Sequence record: SRR31156797_986
Direction: 5' to 3' (one strand)
Length of the DNA: 64,000 bases
Positions 48,452 through 58,422 of this stretch are shown piece after piece; the first letter of the stretch is position 1, and every line of letters begins with the position of its first letter. The notes under the pieces are model-generated. The model searched no databases, was not told the DNA's origin, and saw only the letters and a list, made by a program, of their open reading frames with translations. A program made the position numbers and the translations under genes.

Positions 48452-49649
48452 AATGGAAAGCAGCCATCAATAAATCTATGTCCTGGTAGGAGATGTCAAA
48501 GCAATCGCCGATGACCTTGTTTGTGAGGGTGCCGTTGTAAAGGTAAACCCCCTGTCTGAAATAGAAATCTTTTGTGAGAAGATTTTCTATGCCACCTAAT
48601 TCACCGGCTTTGATGAGGAGCGGAGCAAAGAAATTGCTGATCGCTTTTGCCGCCGTTTGCGGAAATCGTGATGCAATATTGGGTACGCAATAGTGAGTTA
48701 CTCCTGCAAAGCTGAATACAGGATCATTGTGTGAGGTGATACGGGAGGTTTCCACACATCCGCCCTGATCGATGCTCACATCAACAATCACAGATCCTTC
48801 CTTCATGCCACCTACCATCTCTTCGGTGATGATAATGGGCGATCGCTCGTATTTTGAATGAATGGCACAAATGACAACATCGGCAGTTTTTAGTGCACCG
48901 GCCAATTCTGATTGCTGAAGTGTGGAGGTGAAGATATTTGGGTTGAGTGTGGATTTTATCCGATTCAGTTTATAAATTGAATTGTCGAAGAGTTTAACCA
49001 TAGCGCCCATGCCCATCGCCATTTTGCACGCATATTCGCCCACCGTTCCGGCACCAACAATCACCACCTCCGAAGGCGAAATACCGGTGAAACCGCCCAA
49101 CATGTTCCCACTACCAAACTTTTCATTCGACAGGTAATCGGCAGCAATATGGATGGCGGCTGTGCCGGCAATTTCGCTGATGGATTTTATAACCGGTGAT
49201 GCATTGGACTTATCCTTGATATACTCAAAAGCAATTGCGGTAACCCTTTTTCCCATCAGGGTTTTGAAATATTCCTTTTTTCGGGTGGTAAGGTTCAGGG
49301 CACTCAGCAGTGTTTGCTTGCCTTTCATGTAGTTCACTTCGTTCATCGAAAGGGGTGCTACCTTAAGTACGATATCGGATTTAAAGATTTCCTCTGCGGT
49401 TTCCACAAGACGGGCTCCTGCCTCGCTGTAATCGCTGTCAGTAAAATGTGCGGCAATCCCGGCTTCACGCTGTATGATCACTTCATGTCCGTTTTCAACA
49501 AGCATGTTTACGGCGTCCGGAATTAATGAAATGCGTTTCTCCTGGAAGGAAGTTTCCTTTGGTAAACCAATCGAAAACTTTTTGCCTTTGTGAGCCACCT
49601 CTAGCATTTCTTCCTGTGGCATTAATTTTCCTTTGCTGCTTAAATTCAT
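48450..49649 (-). CDS. ald: Alanine dehydrogenase/PntA-family NAD(H)-binding protein
   Basis: IGLPKE..EKR, SEIAG, GAGTVG Rossmann motif, IVDVSIDQGGCVETS, THYCVPNI; the catalytic Lys and His appear substituted (see findings). TATATTTG at 49708-49701. Confidence 0.75.
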   Translation of the reverse strand: MNLSSKGKLMPQEEMLEVAHKGKKFSIGLPKETSFQEKRISLIPDAVNMLVENGHEVIIQREAGIAAHFTDSDYSEAGARLVETAEEIFKSDIVLKVAPLSMNEVNYMKGKQTLLSALNLTTRKKEYFKTLMGKRVTAIAFEYIKDKSNASPVIKSISEIAGTAAIHIAADYLSNEKFGSGNMLGGFTGISPSEVVIVGAGTVGEYACKMAMGMGAMVKLFDNSIYKLNRIKSTLNPNIFTSTLQQSELAGALKTADVVICAIHSKYERSPIIITEEMVGGMKEGSVIVDVSIDQGGCVETSRITSHNDPVFSFAGVTHYCVPNIASRFPQTAAKAISNFFAPLLIKAGELGGIENLLTKDFYFRQGVYLYNGTLTNKVIGDCFDISYQDIDLLMAAFH

Positions 49650-49739
49650 CACAAACTGTGTTTATCGGATGCAATACTTTCCCTGTGGGGAATTACTTTC
49701 CAAATATACAACAGATTGACAAAACTGCATCTAAGGAAA

Positions 49740-50159
49740 TTAAAAACGGAATATTCGGTTCCCGGTTTCGGGATCAACTTCTATCGAAACCTCCACAGCA
49801 TCTTCAGGCAGGATCTCTTTGGCCAGTTCAGGCCATTCAATAAAGCAGTAACTCCCACTGTAAAAATATTCTTCCGAGCCAATATCAGCAGCTTCAGATG
49901 GTTTCTTTATCCTGTAAAAATCAAAATGATAGATGCTTTGGTTTTCCCTTGTAATGTATTCATTGATGATAGCAAACGTTGGGCTGGAAACGGTATCCAC
50001 AACTTCCAGCTGATCGCACAATTGGTGGATGAAGGTTGTTTTTCCGGCACCCATAGCCGCATAAAAAGCAAAAACCTTTTTTCCTTTGTGTGCTTCAAGA
50101 AGTGTTTCTGCAACCACCGGAAGGTCATCCGGAGACTTTGAAATTATCTTGTGTTTCAT
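49740..50159 (-). CDS. tsaE: tRNA threonylcarbamoyladenosine biosynthesis ATPase
   Basis: MGAGKTT, VSSPTF, YHFDFYR, FIEWPE. Confidence 0.95.
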   Translation of the reverse strand: MKHKIISKSPDDLPVVAETLLEAHKGKKVFAFYAAMGAGKTTFIHQLCDQLEVVDTVSSPTFAIINEYITRENQSIYHFDFYRIKKPSEAADIGSEEYFYSGSYCFIEWPELAKEILPEDAVEVSIEVDPETGNRIFRF

Positions 50160-50182
50160 CGCTCAAAAAATTCTTCCCCGAA

Positions 50183-51736
50183 TTATTTCGCTTTCAGTTT
50201 TATAAAAGGAATAAGCATTTCTTCAAGTGAAATACCGCCATGCTGGAAAGTGTTGCGGTAATAATTTACGTAGTAGTTGTAATTGTTCGGGTAGGCAAAG
50301 AAATCGTTGCCCTTACAGAAAATATACGATGAACTGACATTTAATTTTGGCAGGTAAATGTCGTCTGGGTTACGCACCTCAAAAACTTGTTTCTTGTTGT
50401 AGTTCAGGCTTTTTCCGGTTTTGTAGCGCAGGTTGGTGTTGGTGTTGCGATCGCCAACAACTTTTACCGGATCCTGCACCCTTACCGAACCATGGTCTGT
50501 GGTCAGTATCAGATCAAGGCCTTTGCCGGCAATGAAACGCATAATTTCGTAAAGCGGTGAGTGTTCGAACCAGGAGATGGTAATGGAGCGGTATGCAGGT
50601 TCGTCATCGGCCAGTTCCCGAATAATCTCCATCTCGGTGCGGGCATGCGAAAGCATATCTACAAAGTTGTAAACGATTACGTTCAGGTTGTTTTGCAGCA
50701 GGTTGGAAAGGTTGTCAACCAGCTTACGGCCTGCATTTAAATTCAGGATTTTATGATACGACAGCTTAATGTCTTTGCCATGGCGTTTTAGTTGCTCCCG
50801 CAGAAGTTCTTCCTCGTACTGGTTTTTGGTGCCTTCCTCATCTTCGTTCACCCAGTATTTGCGATACTTCCGTTCTATCTCCGATGGAAGCAGCCCAGAA
50901 AACATCGCATTTCTTGCATACTGCGTGGTGGTTGGCAAAAGGCTAAAATAAATATCATCATTTTCTATGCGATAAAACTGCTCAATGAGTGGCTGCAGCA
51001 CTTTCCACTGATCATATCGCAGGTTATCGATCAGGATAAGGAATGTATTTGAATCTTTTGAAACATTGGGAAGCACGCGGTCTTTTAGCAGGGTATGCGA
51101 CAAAACAGGCTTATCGGCAGCATTGCCACTAATCCAACTGAGGTAGTTTTTCTCGATGAACTTCGAAAACACCTGGTTGGCCTCTTCTTTCTGCATCTTT
51201 AAAACTTCCATTATGCCCTCATCTTCTGATCTGGCAAGGTCGAGTTCCCAGCGTGTGAGCTTTTTATACACATCAACCCACTCGTGGTGGTTCAGGTTGT
51301 TCGACAGTTCCATGCCGATATTCCTGAAATCCTGCTGATAGGCATGGGTTTTCTTTTCGCTTACAATCTTGCGGTTTTCCAGGTTCTTCTTCAGGCTCAA
51401 TAATATTTGGTTAGGCTTAACCGGTTTAATCAGATAATCTGCAATGTTCGAACCAATGGCGTCTTCCATAATGGTTTCTTCTTCGCTTTTTGTGATCATT
51501 ACTACCGGAAGGTTTGGCTGTACCTGCTTGATCTCGGCCAGTGTTTCGATACCTGACATCCCCGGCATATTTTCGTCCAGAAAAACAATGTCGAAAGGGA
51601 CGTCTTTCATAATATCCAGCGCCTCATCACCATTGTTGGAGGTGTGTACTTCGTAGCCTTTTTGTTCAAGAAAAATGATATGCGGTTTCAGGAGGTCAAT
51701 TTCATCATCTGCCCACAAAATTTTGATTTTGTCCAT
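50183..51736 (-). CDS. porX: T9SS response regulator PorX (receiver plus PglZ/alkaline-phosphatase domain)
   Basis: ILWADDEID, FLDENMPG, MITKSEEE, IDNLRYDQW, LPTTTQYARN, TTDHG, FQHGGIS. Confidence 0.93.
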   Translation of the reverse strand: MDKIKILWADDEIDLLKPHIIFLEQKGYEVHTSNNGDEALDIMKDVPFDIVFLDENMPGMSGIETLAEIKQVQPNLPVVMITKSEEETIMEDAIGSNIADYLIKPVKPNQILLSLKKNLENRKIVSEKKTHAYQQDFRNIGMELSNNLNHHEWVDVYKKLTRWELDLARSEDEGIMEVLKMQKEEANQVFSKFIEKNYLSWISGNAADKPVLSHTLLKDRVLPNVSKDSNTFLILIDNLRYDQWKVLQPLIEQFYRIENDDIYFSLLPTTTQYARNAMFSGLLPSEIERKYRKYWVNEDEEGTKNQYEEELLREQLKRHGKDIKLSYHKILNLNAGRKLVDNLSNLLQNNLNVIVYNFVDMLSHARTEMEIIRELADDEPAYRSITISWFEHSPLYEIMRFIAGKGLDLILTTDHGSVRVQDPVKVVGDRNTNTNLRYKTGKSLNYNKKQVFEVRNPDDIYLPKLNVSSSYIFCKGNDFFAYPNNYNYYVNYYRNTFQHGGISLEEMLIPFIKLKAK

Positions 51737-51764
51737 GTAATAGAGGAGGTTAAATTATTAGATG

Positions 51765-51789
51765 TATTTTTGCTTTTTTCTCAAAGTTA
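51765..51789. promoter_or_regulatory. Overlapping face-to-face -7 elements (TATTTTTG plus 51765-51772; TAACTTTG minus 51789-51782)
   Basis: Two TAnnTTTG matches pointing at each other between porX and the HD/lpx operon. Confidence 0.45.
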
Positions 51790-51945
51790 GTATTAAACAG
51801 GCTTTTAACGTCTATTATTTCATGGTCTTAATAATTTTTAACCTGTTTGCCCGGTTGTATCTTCCTAAGCTATTTTTACTGAATGGATAAGCGTGGAACA
51901 TCAAAATATAATTGGCCAACTTTTTCTCTTTAAACAAACTGAATC

Positions 51946-53202
51946 TTGAATCTTCGACAACAGAATAAAAAAAAGATTATCAACGACCCGGTTTACGGTT
52001 TTATCAATCTGCCCAACGAGATTATCTTCGACTTAATTGAACACCCTTTCTTTCAGCGGCTTCGCCGTATTAAACAGCTTGGTTTGACGCATCTGGTTTA
52101 CCCGGGAGCCTTGCATACCCGGTTTCATCATGTAATTGGATCGATGAATCTGATGATGCAGGCAGTGGATGTGCTTCGCTCAAAAGGCAACGAAATTACG
52201 GATGATGAGGCCCTGGGAGTGTACATCGCGATTTTGTTGCACGATATTGGCCACGGGCCCTACTCACATACGTTGGAAAGATCTCTTGTTGCAGGCCTTA
52301 GCCATGAAGACCTCTCCCTGTTTTTTATGGAAGCATTCAGGCAGGAATTCGGGAATGTGATGGATAATGCGATTGATATTTTTACCAACACCTACCCCAA
52401 AAAATTCCTTCACCGCCTGGTTTCGAGTCAACTGGACATGGACCGGCTGGATTATTTGAGACGAGATAGTTTTTTTACCGGTGTATCAGAAGGGGTGATC
52501 AACACGGAGCGCATCATAAAAATGCTGGATGTGGCTGACGATGACCTGGTGGTGGAAGCAAAAGGTATTTATTCGATCGATAAATTTATTGTTGCGCGCA
52601 GGTTGATGTACTGGCAGGTTTATCTGCATAAAACAGTGTTGGCGGCAGAGCATATGCTGATTAAAATTATTCAGCGCGCCGTGCACCTGACTCAAAACGG
52701 ACGTCACCTTTTTGCTACGAGCGCACTTAAACCATTTCTTCACAACAAATATTCAAAGCAGGATTTCGAAACTTCAACTGCGCCTTTGGAGTCGTTTTCA
52801 CGCCTTGATGATTTTGATATTTTTAGCTGTATAAAGGAGTGGGCCTTCGATAGCGATGAAATACTTTCGTACCTGTGTAACGGCATCGTGAACCGCCAGC
52901 TATTCAGAACAGAAATATTATTGTCTCCTGTAGAGGAGAAAATGATTAATGGCCTGAAACATCAGATTGCAAAAACGTTTGGGCTGCGTATTGAAGAGGC
53001 CGCTTATTTCGTGGTTTACGATGAAGCGCACAACAGCGCTTATAACATCCGTCACGAACGGATAAACATACTTTTTAAGGATGGGAAAATCAAGGATTAT
53101 TCGGAGGTTTCGGACCAGGTCAACAGCGAAGTGCTTTCAAAAACCGTAACCAGGTATTTTATCTGTTATCCCAAGCAATTCGATGCCTTCGTTCAATTTT
53201 AA
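51946..53202 (+). CDS. HD-domain phosphohydrolase (dNTP triphosphohydrolase-like)
   Basis: INDPVYG, FQRLRRIKQLG, HTRFHH, LLHDIGHGPYSH, DMDRLDYL.RD, MYWQVYLHK. Confidence 0.9.
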   Translation: MNLRQQNKKKIINDPVYGFINLPNEIIFDLIEHPFFQRLRRIKQLGLTHLVYPGALHTRFHHVIGSMNLMMQAVDVLRSKGNEITDDEALGVYIAILLHDIGHGPYSHTLERSLVAGLSHEDLSLFFMEAFRQEFGNVMDNAIDIFTNTYPKKFLHRLVSSQLDMDRLDYLRRDSFFTGVSEGVINTERIIKMLDVADDDLVVEAKGIYSIDKFIVARRLMYWQVYLHKTVLAAEHMLIKIIQRAVHLTQNGRHLFATSALKPFLHNKYSKQDFETSTAPLESFSRLDDFDIFSCIKEWAFDSDEILSYLCNGIVNRQLFRTEILLSPVEEKMINGLKHQIAKTFGLRIEEAAYFVVYDEAHNSAYNIRHERINILFKDGKIKDYSEVSDQVNSEVLSKTVTRYFICYPKQFDAFVQF

Positions 53203-53273
53203 ACAATTGAGCCCGGTTATTTGAAATATCCGTAAATTGCGCGATTTTTAGACATTAAAATTATCATAAACAT

Positions 53274-54302
53274 ATGATTTTCAAAGCAAAAGAGATTGCA
53301 AAATTGCTTAACGGAAAAGTTGAAGGTGATGAAAATGCAGAGGTATTTATGCTGGCAAAGATTGAAGAGGGTGAGCCCGGGGCATTGTCATTTTTAGCCA
53401 ATCCAAAATACACGCAGTTTATTTATCAATCTGATGCCACGGTAGTAATTGTTTCAGATGATTTTGAAGCCGAACAGGAGGTAAAGCCTACACTGATCCG
53501 TGTAAAGGATGCATACGGTGCTTTTGCCACTTTATTGGAGGTTTACAATAAAATTAAGCTGGATAAAAAGGGAATTTCTAAACAGGCTTCCATTGCTGAA
53601 TCTGCCAAAATTGGCAAAGATGTTTATATTGGTCCTCAGGTAGTTATTGGCGAAAATGCCGTTGTTGGAGATAATTCGAAAATCTATCCCCAAACGTATA
53701 TCGGTGATAATACCTCGATCGGTTCAGACACCACCATTTTCGCAGGTGTAAAAATATATTCTGATATAAAAATCGGGAATAATTGCGTAATACACTCCGG
53801 TGTGGTGATTGGTGCCGACGGTTTTGGCTTTGCTCCACAGGCGGACAACAATTATCGCAAGGTGGCCCAAATTGGGAATGTGATCCTTGAAGATCATGTG
53901 GAAATTGGAGCAAATACCACCATCGACCGGGCTACACTTGGGTCTACCATTATCCGGAAAGGGGCCAAACTGGACAACCTCATCCAGATTGCGCATAATG
54001 TGGAGGTGGGTGAAAATACGGTGATTGCAGCACAGTCAGGAATTGCGGGTTCTACCAAGGTTGGTAAAAACTGTATGATCGCTGCCCAGGTTGGCATTAT
54101 CGGACACATCACCATTGGCGATAATGTGAAGATTGCAGCGCAATCAGGAGTGAGCAACAGTGTGAAAGAAGATGCGGTTATTTTTGGCTCTCCTGCGTTT
54201 GATGCTAAAAATTACAGGCGGTCTTATGTGTATTTCAGGAATCTTCCAAAAATCGTAGAGCGTCTTGAAAAACTCGAAAAAAATCAGGATTTAAAATCTT
54301 AA
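53274..54302 (+). CDS. lpxD: UDP-3-O-acylglucosamine N-acyltransferase
   Basis: SFLANPKY, hexapeptide repeats, [27 protein letters not shown]. Confidence 0.95.
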   Translation: MIFKAKEIAKLLNGKVEGDENAEVFMLAKIEEGEPGALSFLANPKYTQFIYQSDATVVIVSDDFEAEQEVKPTLIRVKDAYGAFATLLEVYNKIKLDKKGISKQASIAESAKIGKDVYIGPQVVIGENAVVGDNSKIYPQTYIGDNTSIGSDTTIFAGVKIYSDIKIGNNCVIHSGVVIGADGFGFAPQADNNYRKVAQIGNVILEDHVEIGANTTIDRATLGSTIIRKGAKLDNLIQIAHNVEVGENTVIAAQSGIAGSTKVGKNCMIAAQVGIIGHITIGDNVKIAAQSGVSNSVKEDAVIFGSPAFDAKNYRRSYVYFRNLPKIVERLEKLEKNQDLKS

Positions 54303-54360
54303 ATAATCCTATTTATTTCATCAAATCATCACCATAAAATCCTAAATTTTAAAATTTTAA

Positions 54361-54368
54361 TACTTTTG
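54361..54368 (+). promoter_or_regulatory. Internal -7 promoter element upstream of lpxC-fabZ
   Basis: TAnnTTTG-type match about 190 nt upstream of the ATG at 54559. Confidence 0.45.
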
Positions 54369-54558
54369 CACACCAAATTTTGAGGCCTCAAACTTCTCAT
54401 TTGGGCGGTTAAAATTCTTGTGGGTTCAATTGAGAATTTTTGGTAGATGTAATTAAAGATAAAATGGTTTGAACGCCTGCTCGGCTTTAAAATCAAAAAT
54501 GTTGAGGATCAAAACAGTGAATGAGTAAAAAGCATAATAAACCTATTCGAGTATATTC

Positions 54559-55947
54559 ATGACACTTCAAAAAACCATTAATAAGCCTGTAACAGTCTCA
54601 GGACTTGGACTACACACAGGCGCCTCCGTAAATCTCACCTTTAATCCTGCCCCTGAAAATACGGGTTTCGTTTTTAAACGTGTTGATGTTGAGGGGCAGC
54701 CTGAAATTGAGGCTTCCGTTGACTTTGTTGAAAGTACGGATCGGGGAACATGCCTGTCCAAAAACAATGTAAAGGTTCACACCGTTGAGCACGCACTGTC
54801 GGCATTAACTGGTATGGATATTGACAATTGCCTGATTGAGGTTGACGGACCGGAAATGCCCATTAAAGACGGAAGTGCCAAATTCTTTGTTGAGGCGATA
54901 AAACAGGCAGGTGTTGTAGAGCAAAAAGCTGAACGGGAATACCTGGAAATCGACACTGTTTTAACCTGGACAGATCCTGAAAGTAAAATCGAACTGATGG
55001 CTGTTCCGGCTGATGATTACAGGCTGTCTGTAATGATTGATTTTGGAACACAGGTATTGTCTACGCAAAATGCCCAACTCGATAAAATCGGTGATTTTGC
55101 AGATCAGATTGCCCTTTGCCGGACATTTGTTTTTCTGCATGAACTTGAGTATCTTTTACAAAACAACCTGATTAAAGGCGGCGACCTGAGCAATGCTATC
55201 GTTTTTGTAAATAAGACGGTTAGCCAGGATGAACTTGACCGATTGGCCGAACTATTCAACAAACCTAAAGTAGCTGTAAAACCAGAAGGTGTGCTCAACA
55301 ATCTTGATCTGTATTTTAACAATGAGCCCGCCCGTCATAAACTGCTTGATGTTGTTGGTGATCTCACACTAACCGGAAAGCGTATCAAAGGACATATTGT
55401 TGCAAATCGCCCAGGCCATGCTGCCAATGTTGCATTTGCAAAAGTTATCAAAAAACATTTCGAAGAAAAGAAAGATAACGACATCCCTGTTTACGATCCT
55501 TCAGCAAAGCCACTGTATGATGTAAACGATATCATGGGTTTTCTGCCACACCGCCCGCCATTCCTGTTTGTCGACAGGATTATGGAAATGAGTGAAACGC
55601 ATGTTGTTGGTGTGAAAACAGTGACCATGAACGAGTCTTTCTTTGTTGGGCACTTTCCAGGAGAGCCGGTTATGCCCGGTGTAATCCAGGTTGAAGCGAT
55701 GGCTCAGGTTGGTGGTGTATTAGCTTTGAATAGTGTCCCGGATCCTGAAAACTACCTTACTCTGTTTTTGAAAATTGAAGAAGTGAAATTCAGGAATAGG
55801 GTTGTGCCAGGCGATACCATTGTATTTAAACTGCAACTGGTTAATCCAATCCGTCGCGGACTGGTATATATGAGTGGCACAGCCTATGTAGGAAAAAATG
55901 TTGTAATGGAGGCGCGCATGTTAGCACGGCTTGTAAAAAAAGATTAA
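54559..55947 (+). CDS. lpxC: Bifunctional LpxC-FabZ fusion
   Basis: GLGLHTG, TVEHALS, HKLLDVVGDL (LpxC); LPHRPPFLFVD, GHFPGEPVMPGVIQVEAMAQ (FabZ). Confidence 0.96.
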   Translation: MTLQKTINKPVTVSGLGLHTGASVNLTFNPAPENTGFVFKRVDVEGQPEIEASVDFVESTDRGTCLSKNNVKVHTVEHALSALTGMDIDNCLIEVDGPEMPIKDGSAKFFVEAIKQAGVVEQKAEREYLEIDTVLTWTDPESKIELMAVPADDYRLSVMIDFGTQVLSTQNAQLDKIGDFADQIALCRTFVFLHELEYLLQNNLIKGGDLSNAIVFVNKTVSQDELDRLAELFNKPKVAVKPEGVLNNLDLYFNNEPARHKLLDVVGDLTLTGKRIKGHIVANRPGHAANVAFAKVIKKHFEEKKDNDIPVYDPSAKPLYDVNDIMGFLPHRPPFLFVDRIMEMSETHVVGVKTVTMNESFFVGHFPGEPVMPGVIQVEAMAQVGGVLALNSVPDPENYLTLFLKIEEVKFRNRVVPGDTIVFKLQLVNPIRRGLVYMSGTAYVGKNVVMEARMLARLVKKD

Positions 55948-55951
55948 AACT

Positions 55952-56749
55952 ATGAATCAACCACTCGCATACGTTCATCCCCAGGCCAAAGTGGCCAAGA
56001 ATGTTGTTATTGAGCCATTTGTGAACATCGAAAAGAATGTTGAAATTGGAGAAGGAAGCTGGATCGGCTCAAACGTAACCATTATGGAGGGTGCACGTAT
56101 TGGCAAGAACTGTAAAATTTTTCCCGGGGCTGTAATATCGGCCATTCCGCAGGATTTAAAATATGCCGGTGAAGATACCCTTGTGAAAATTGGCGATAAT
56201 GTAACGGTGAGGGAATTTGTTACCATCAACCGCGGTACTAAAGCCAATTATGAAACTGTGATTGGTGATAATTGTCTGTTGATGGCTTATGTGCATATTG
56301 CCCACGATTGTATCATAGGCAACAACGTAATACTGGCCAACGCAGCCACGCTGGCAGGCCATATAACCATAGACGACTGGGCCATTATTGGTGGTATGGC
56401 GGCCATCCACCAGTTTGTTCAGGTCGGAGCGCATAGCTTCCTTTCCGGTGGTGTACTGGTACGTAAGGATGTTCCGCCTTTCACAAAAGGTGCCCGTGAA
56501 CCATTATCATACGTTGGGGTAAACTCGATCGGATTACGGAGACGCGGTTTTACAAACGAAAGGATTAACGCCATTCAGGATATTTATCGCATGATATACC
56601 TCAAAGGTTACAACGTAACCCAGGCCACCTCAATCATCGAAGCAGATGTGCCGGCTACACCCGATCGGGATGAAATCCTGGCGTTTATTCAAAAATCAAC
56701 CAGGGGGCTGATGAAAGGTTATGGTAAACTGGATCGAAATAAAGGGTAA
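55952..56749 (+). CDS. lpxA: UDP-N-acetylglucosamine acyltransferase
   Basis: PQDLKY, REFVTINRGT, HIAHDC, LAGHI, HQF, KDVPPF, GLRRRGF. Confidence 0.96.
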   Translation: MNQPLAYVHPQAKVAKNVVIEPFVNIEKNVEIGEGSWIGSNVTIMEGARIGKNCKIFPGAVISAIPQDLKYAGEDTLVKIGDNVTVREFVTINRGTKANYETVIGDNCLLMAYVHIAHDCIIGNNVILANAATLAGHITIDDWAIIGGMAAIHQFVQVGAHSFLSGGVLVRKDVPPFTKGAREPLSYVGVNSIGLRRRGFTNERINAIQDIYRMIYLKGYNVTQATSIIEADVPATPDRDEILAFIQKSTRGLMKGYGKLDRNKG

Positions 56750-56801
56750 TTTATTTCAAAAAGCGATTTTAAACAAAAACAAAAATATTATTGACTAAAT
56801 T

Positions 56802-57368
56802 ATGGCAACAACATCAGATTTCAAAAACGGCCTTGTAATTAATTTTAATGGTGATCTATACACTATTGTTGAATTTCAGCATGTTAAACCAGGAAAAGGT
56901 TCCGCTTTTGTTCGTACAAAACTTAAGAATATTAAAACTGGAAAGGTGCTGCCAAATACCTTTAACGCAGGTGTTAAAATAGATGTGCAGCGTGTCGAAA
57001 GGCGTCAGTATCAGTTTTTATATAAGGATGGTCAGGACTATCATTTTATGAATGCGGAGACGTTTGAACAGACATTTATTGAGGAAGGGCTAATTGAATC
57101 AGCTCAGTTTTTGAAAGAGGGAGCAACCGCCGATATTCTTTACCATGCCGACACCGAAACACCATTACTTTGTGAATTGCCGGCAAATGTAGAACTTCAG
57201 GTTACTTATACTGAACCTGGTGAAAGAGGAAATACTGCCACAAATACCTTTAAAGATGCCACTCTGGAAACAGGTGCAGTAGTAAAAGTGCCGCTGTTTA
57301 TTAATACTGATGAAGTGATCCGCGTTGATACACGAACCGGAAACTACCTGGAACGTGTTAAAAGCTAA
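56802..57368 (+). CDS. efp: Elongation factor P
   Basis: FQHVKPGKGSAFVRTKLKN, PGERGNTA, VPLFI, VDTRTG.Y. Confidence 0.97.
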   Translation: MATTSDFKNGLVINFNGDLYTIVEFQHVKPGKGSAFVRTKLKNIKTGKVLPNTFNAGVKIDVQRVERRQYQFLYKDGQDYHFMNAETFEQTFIEEGLIESAQFLKEGATADILYHADTETPLLCELPANVELQVTYTEPGERGNTATNTFKDATLETGAVVKVPLFINTDEVIRVDTRTGNYLERVKS

Positions 57369-57390
57369 AACCCGGTAACAATATTTTCAA

Positions 57391-57425
57391 AAGGCTCAAA
57401 TCATTTGGTTTGGGTCTTATTTTTT
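57391..57425 (+). terminator. Weak hairpin/terminator after efp
   Basis: AAGGCTCAAATC/GGTTTGGGTCTT stem with G-U pairs, followed by a T-run. Confidence 0.45.
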
Positions 57426-57455
57426 ATCTGAAACAAACATGTTAACATTATAACA

Positions 57456-58385
57456 ATGAAATTTGACAGGGAGTACAAACTACACGAAATTGCCGAAATG
57501 ATTGGTGCAGAATTGGTTGGGGATGAAAATCATTTGGTTAGAGGTATTAACGAAATCCATATGGTCGAACCCGGGGATCTCACTTTTGTGGATCATCCAA
57601 AATATTATGATAAAGCCCTTAATTCTGATGCCACCACGATACTGATCAATAAAAAGGTAGAATGTCCTGAGGGAAAAGGGCTACTGATATCTGACGACCC
57701 GTTTGCCGGATATGTTGCTCTGGTGAAGCGATTCAGGGCTTTTGAACCTGCAACGGCAAATATAAGTTCAAGCGCTGAAATAGGTGAGGGCACCGTAATT
57801 CAGCCAACAACTTTTGTGGGCAACCATGTTAAGATTGGCGAAAACTGCATCATTCACTCCAATGTGAGCATTTATGACCATGTGGAGATTGGTGATGATG
57901 TGATCATTCACGCCAATTCAGTTTTAGGTGCAGATGCCTATTATTTTCAACGGAAACCAGCGGGTTATCGGAAACTGGAATCCTGTGGTAATGTAGTGAT
58001 TGGTAATCGTGTTGAAATCGGGGCGCTGTGTTCTATTGATCGTGGCGTGTCAGGAGATACTGTCATTGACGAGGGGACCAAACTGGATAATCACTGTCAG
58101 ATTGGCCATGATACCTACATCGGGAAAAACTGTCTGATCGGTGCGCATGCTGCCATTGCAGGAGTAACGAAAATTGAGGATGATGTAATCTTGTGGGGCA
58201 GGGTTTCGGTAAATAAAGATCTGGTAATTAAAAAAGGTGCTATTATCCTGGCCACCTCTGCAGTTGATAAAACCATTGAGGGAGGCGGGAAAGTGTATTT
58301 TGGTGCACCTGTGGATGTTGCCCGTAAAAAATGGCGTGAGATGGCTGCTGTGCGGCAATTACCGGATATTTTAAAGAACCTTTAG
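57456..58385 (+). CDS. lpxD: Second LpxD-like acyltransferase
   Basis: TFVDHPKYY, hexapeptide repeats, LGADAYYF, IDRGVSGDT, KLDNHCQIGHD. Confidence 0.85.
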   Translation: MKFDREYKLHEIAEMIGAELVGDENHLVRGINEIHMVEPGDLTFVDHPKYYDKALNSDATTILINKKVECPEGKGLLISDDPFAGYVALVKRFRAFEPATANISSSAEIGEGTVIQPTTFVGNHVKIGENCIIHSNVSIYDHVEIGDDVIIHANSVLGADAYYFQRKPAGYRKLESCGNVVIGNRVEIGALCSIDRGVSGDTVIDEGTKLDNHCQIGHDTYIGKNCLIGAHAAIAGVTKIEDDVILWGRVSVNKDLVIKKGAIILATSAVDKTIEGGGKVYFGAPVDVARKKWREMAAVRQLPDILKNL

Positions 58386-58422
58386 CATCTTACGAGCCAG
58401 AATCAGGATATTGTCTTATCCG

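Noticed and set aside
49526-50141. Plus-strand ORFs opposite ald-like/tsaE, and the many other short antisense ORFs in the track
   Set aside because: Shadows of well-supported genes, with no motifs or independent expression signals.
50183-51736. PglZ domain as a sign of a BREX defence system
   Set aside because: It is fused to a receiver domain beside tsaE, which identifies it as PorX; no other brx genes are present.
51946-53202. HD protein as an antiphage dNTPase
   Set aside because: It sits at the head of the lpxD cluster in a housekeeping context; nothing indicates a defence island.
54559-55947. LpxC-FabZ fusion as a novelty
   Set aside because: Well-known feature of Bacteroidota.
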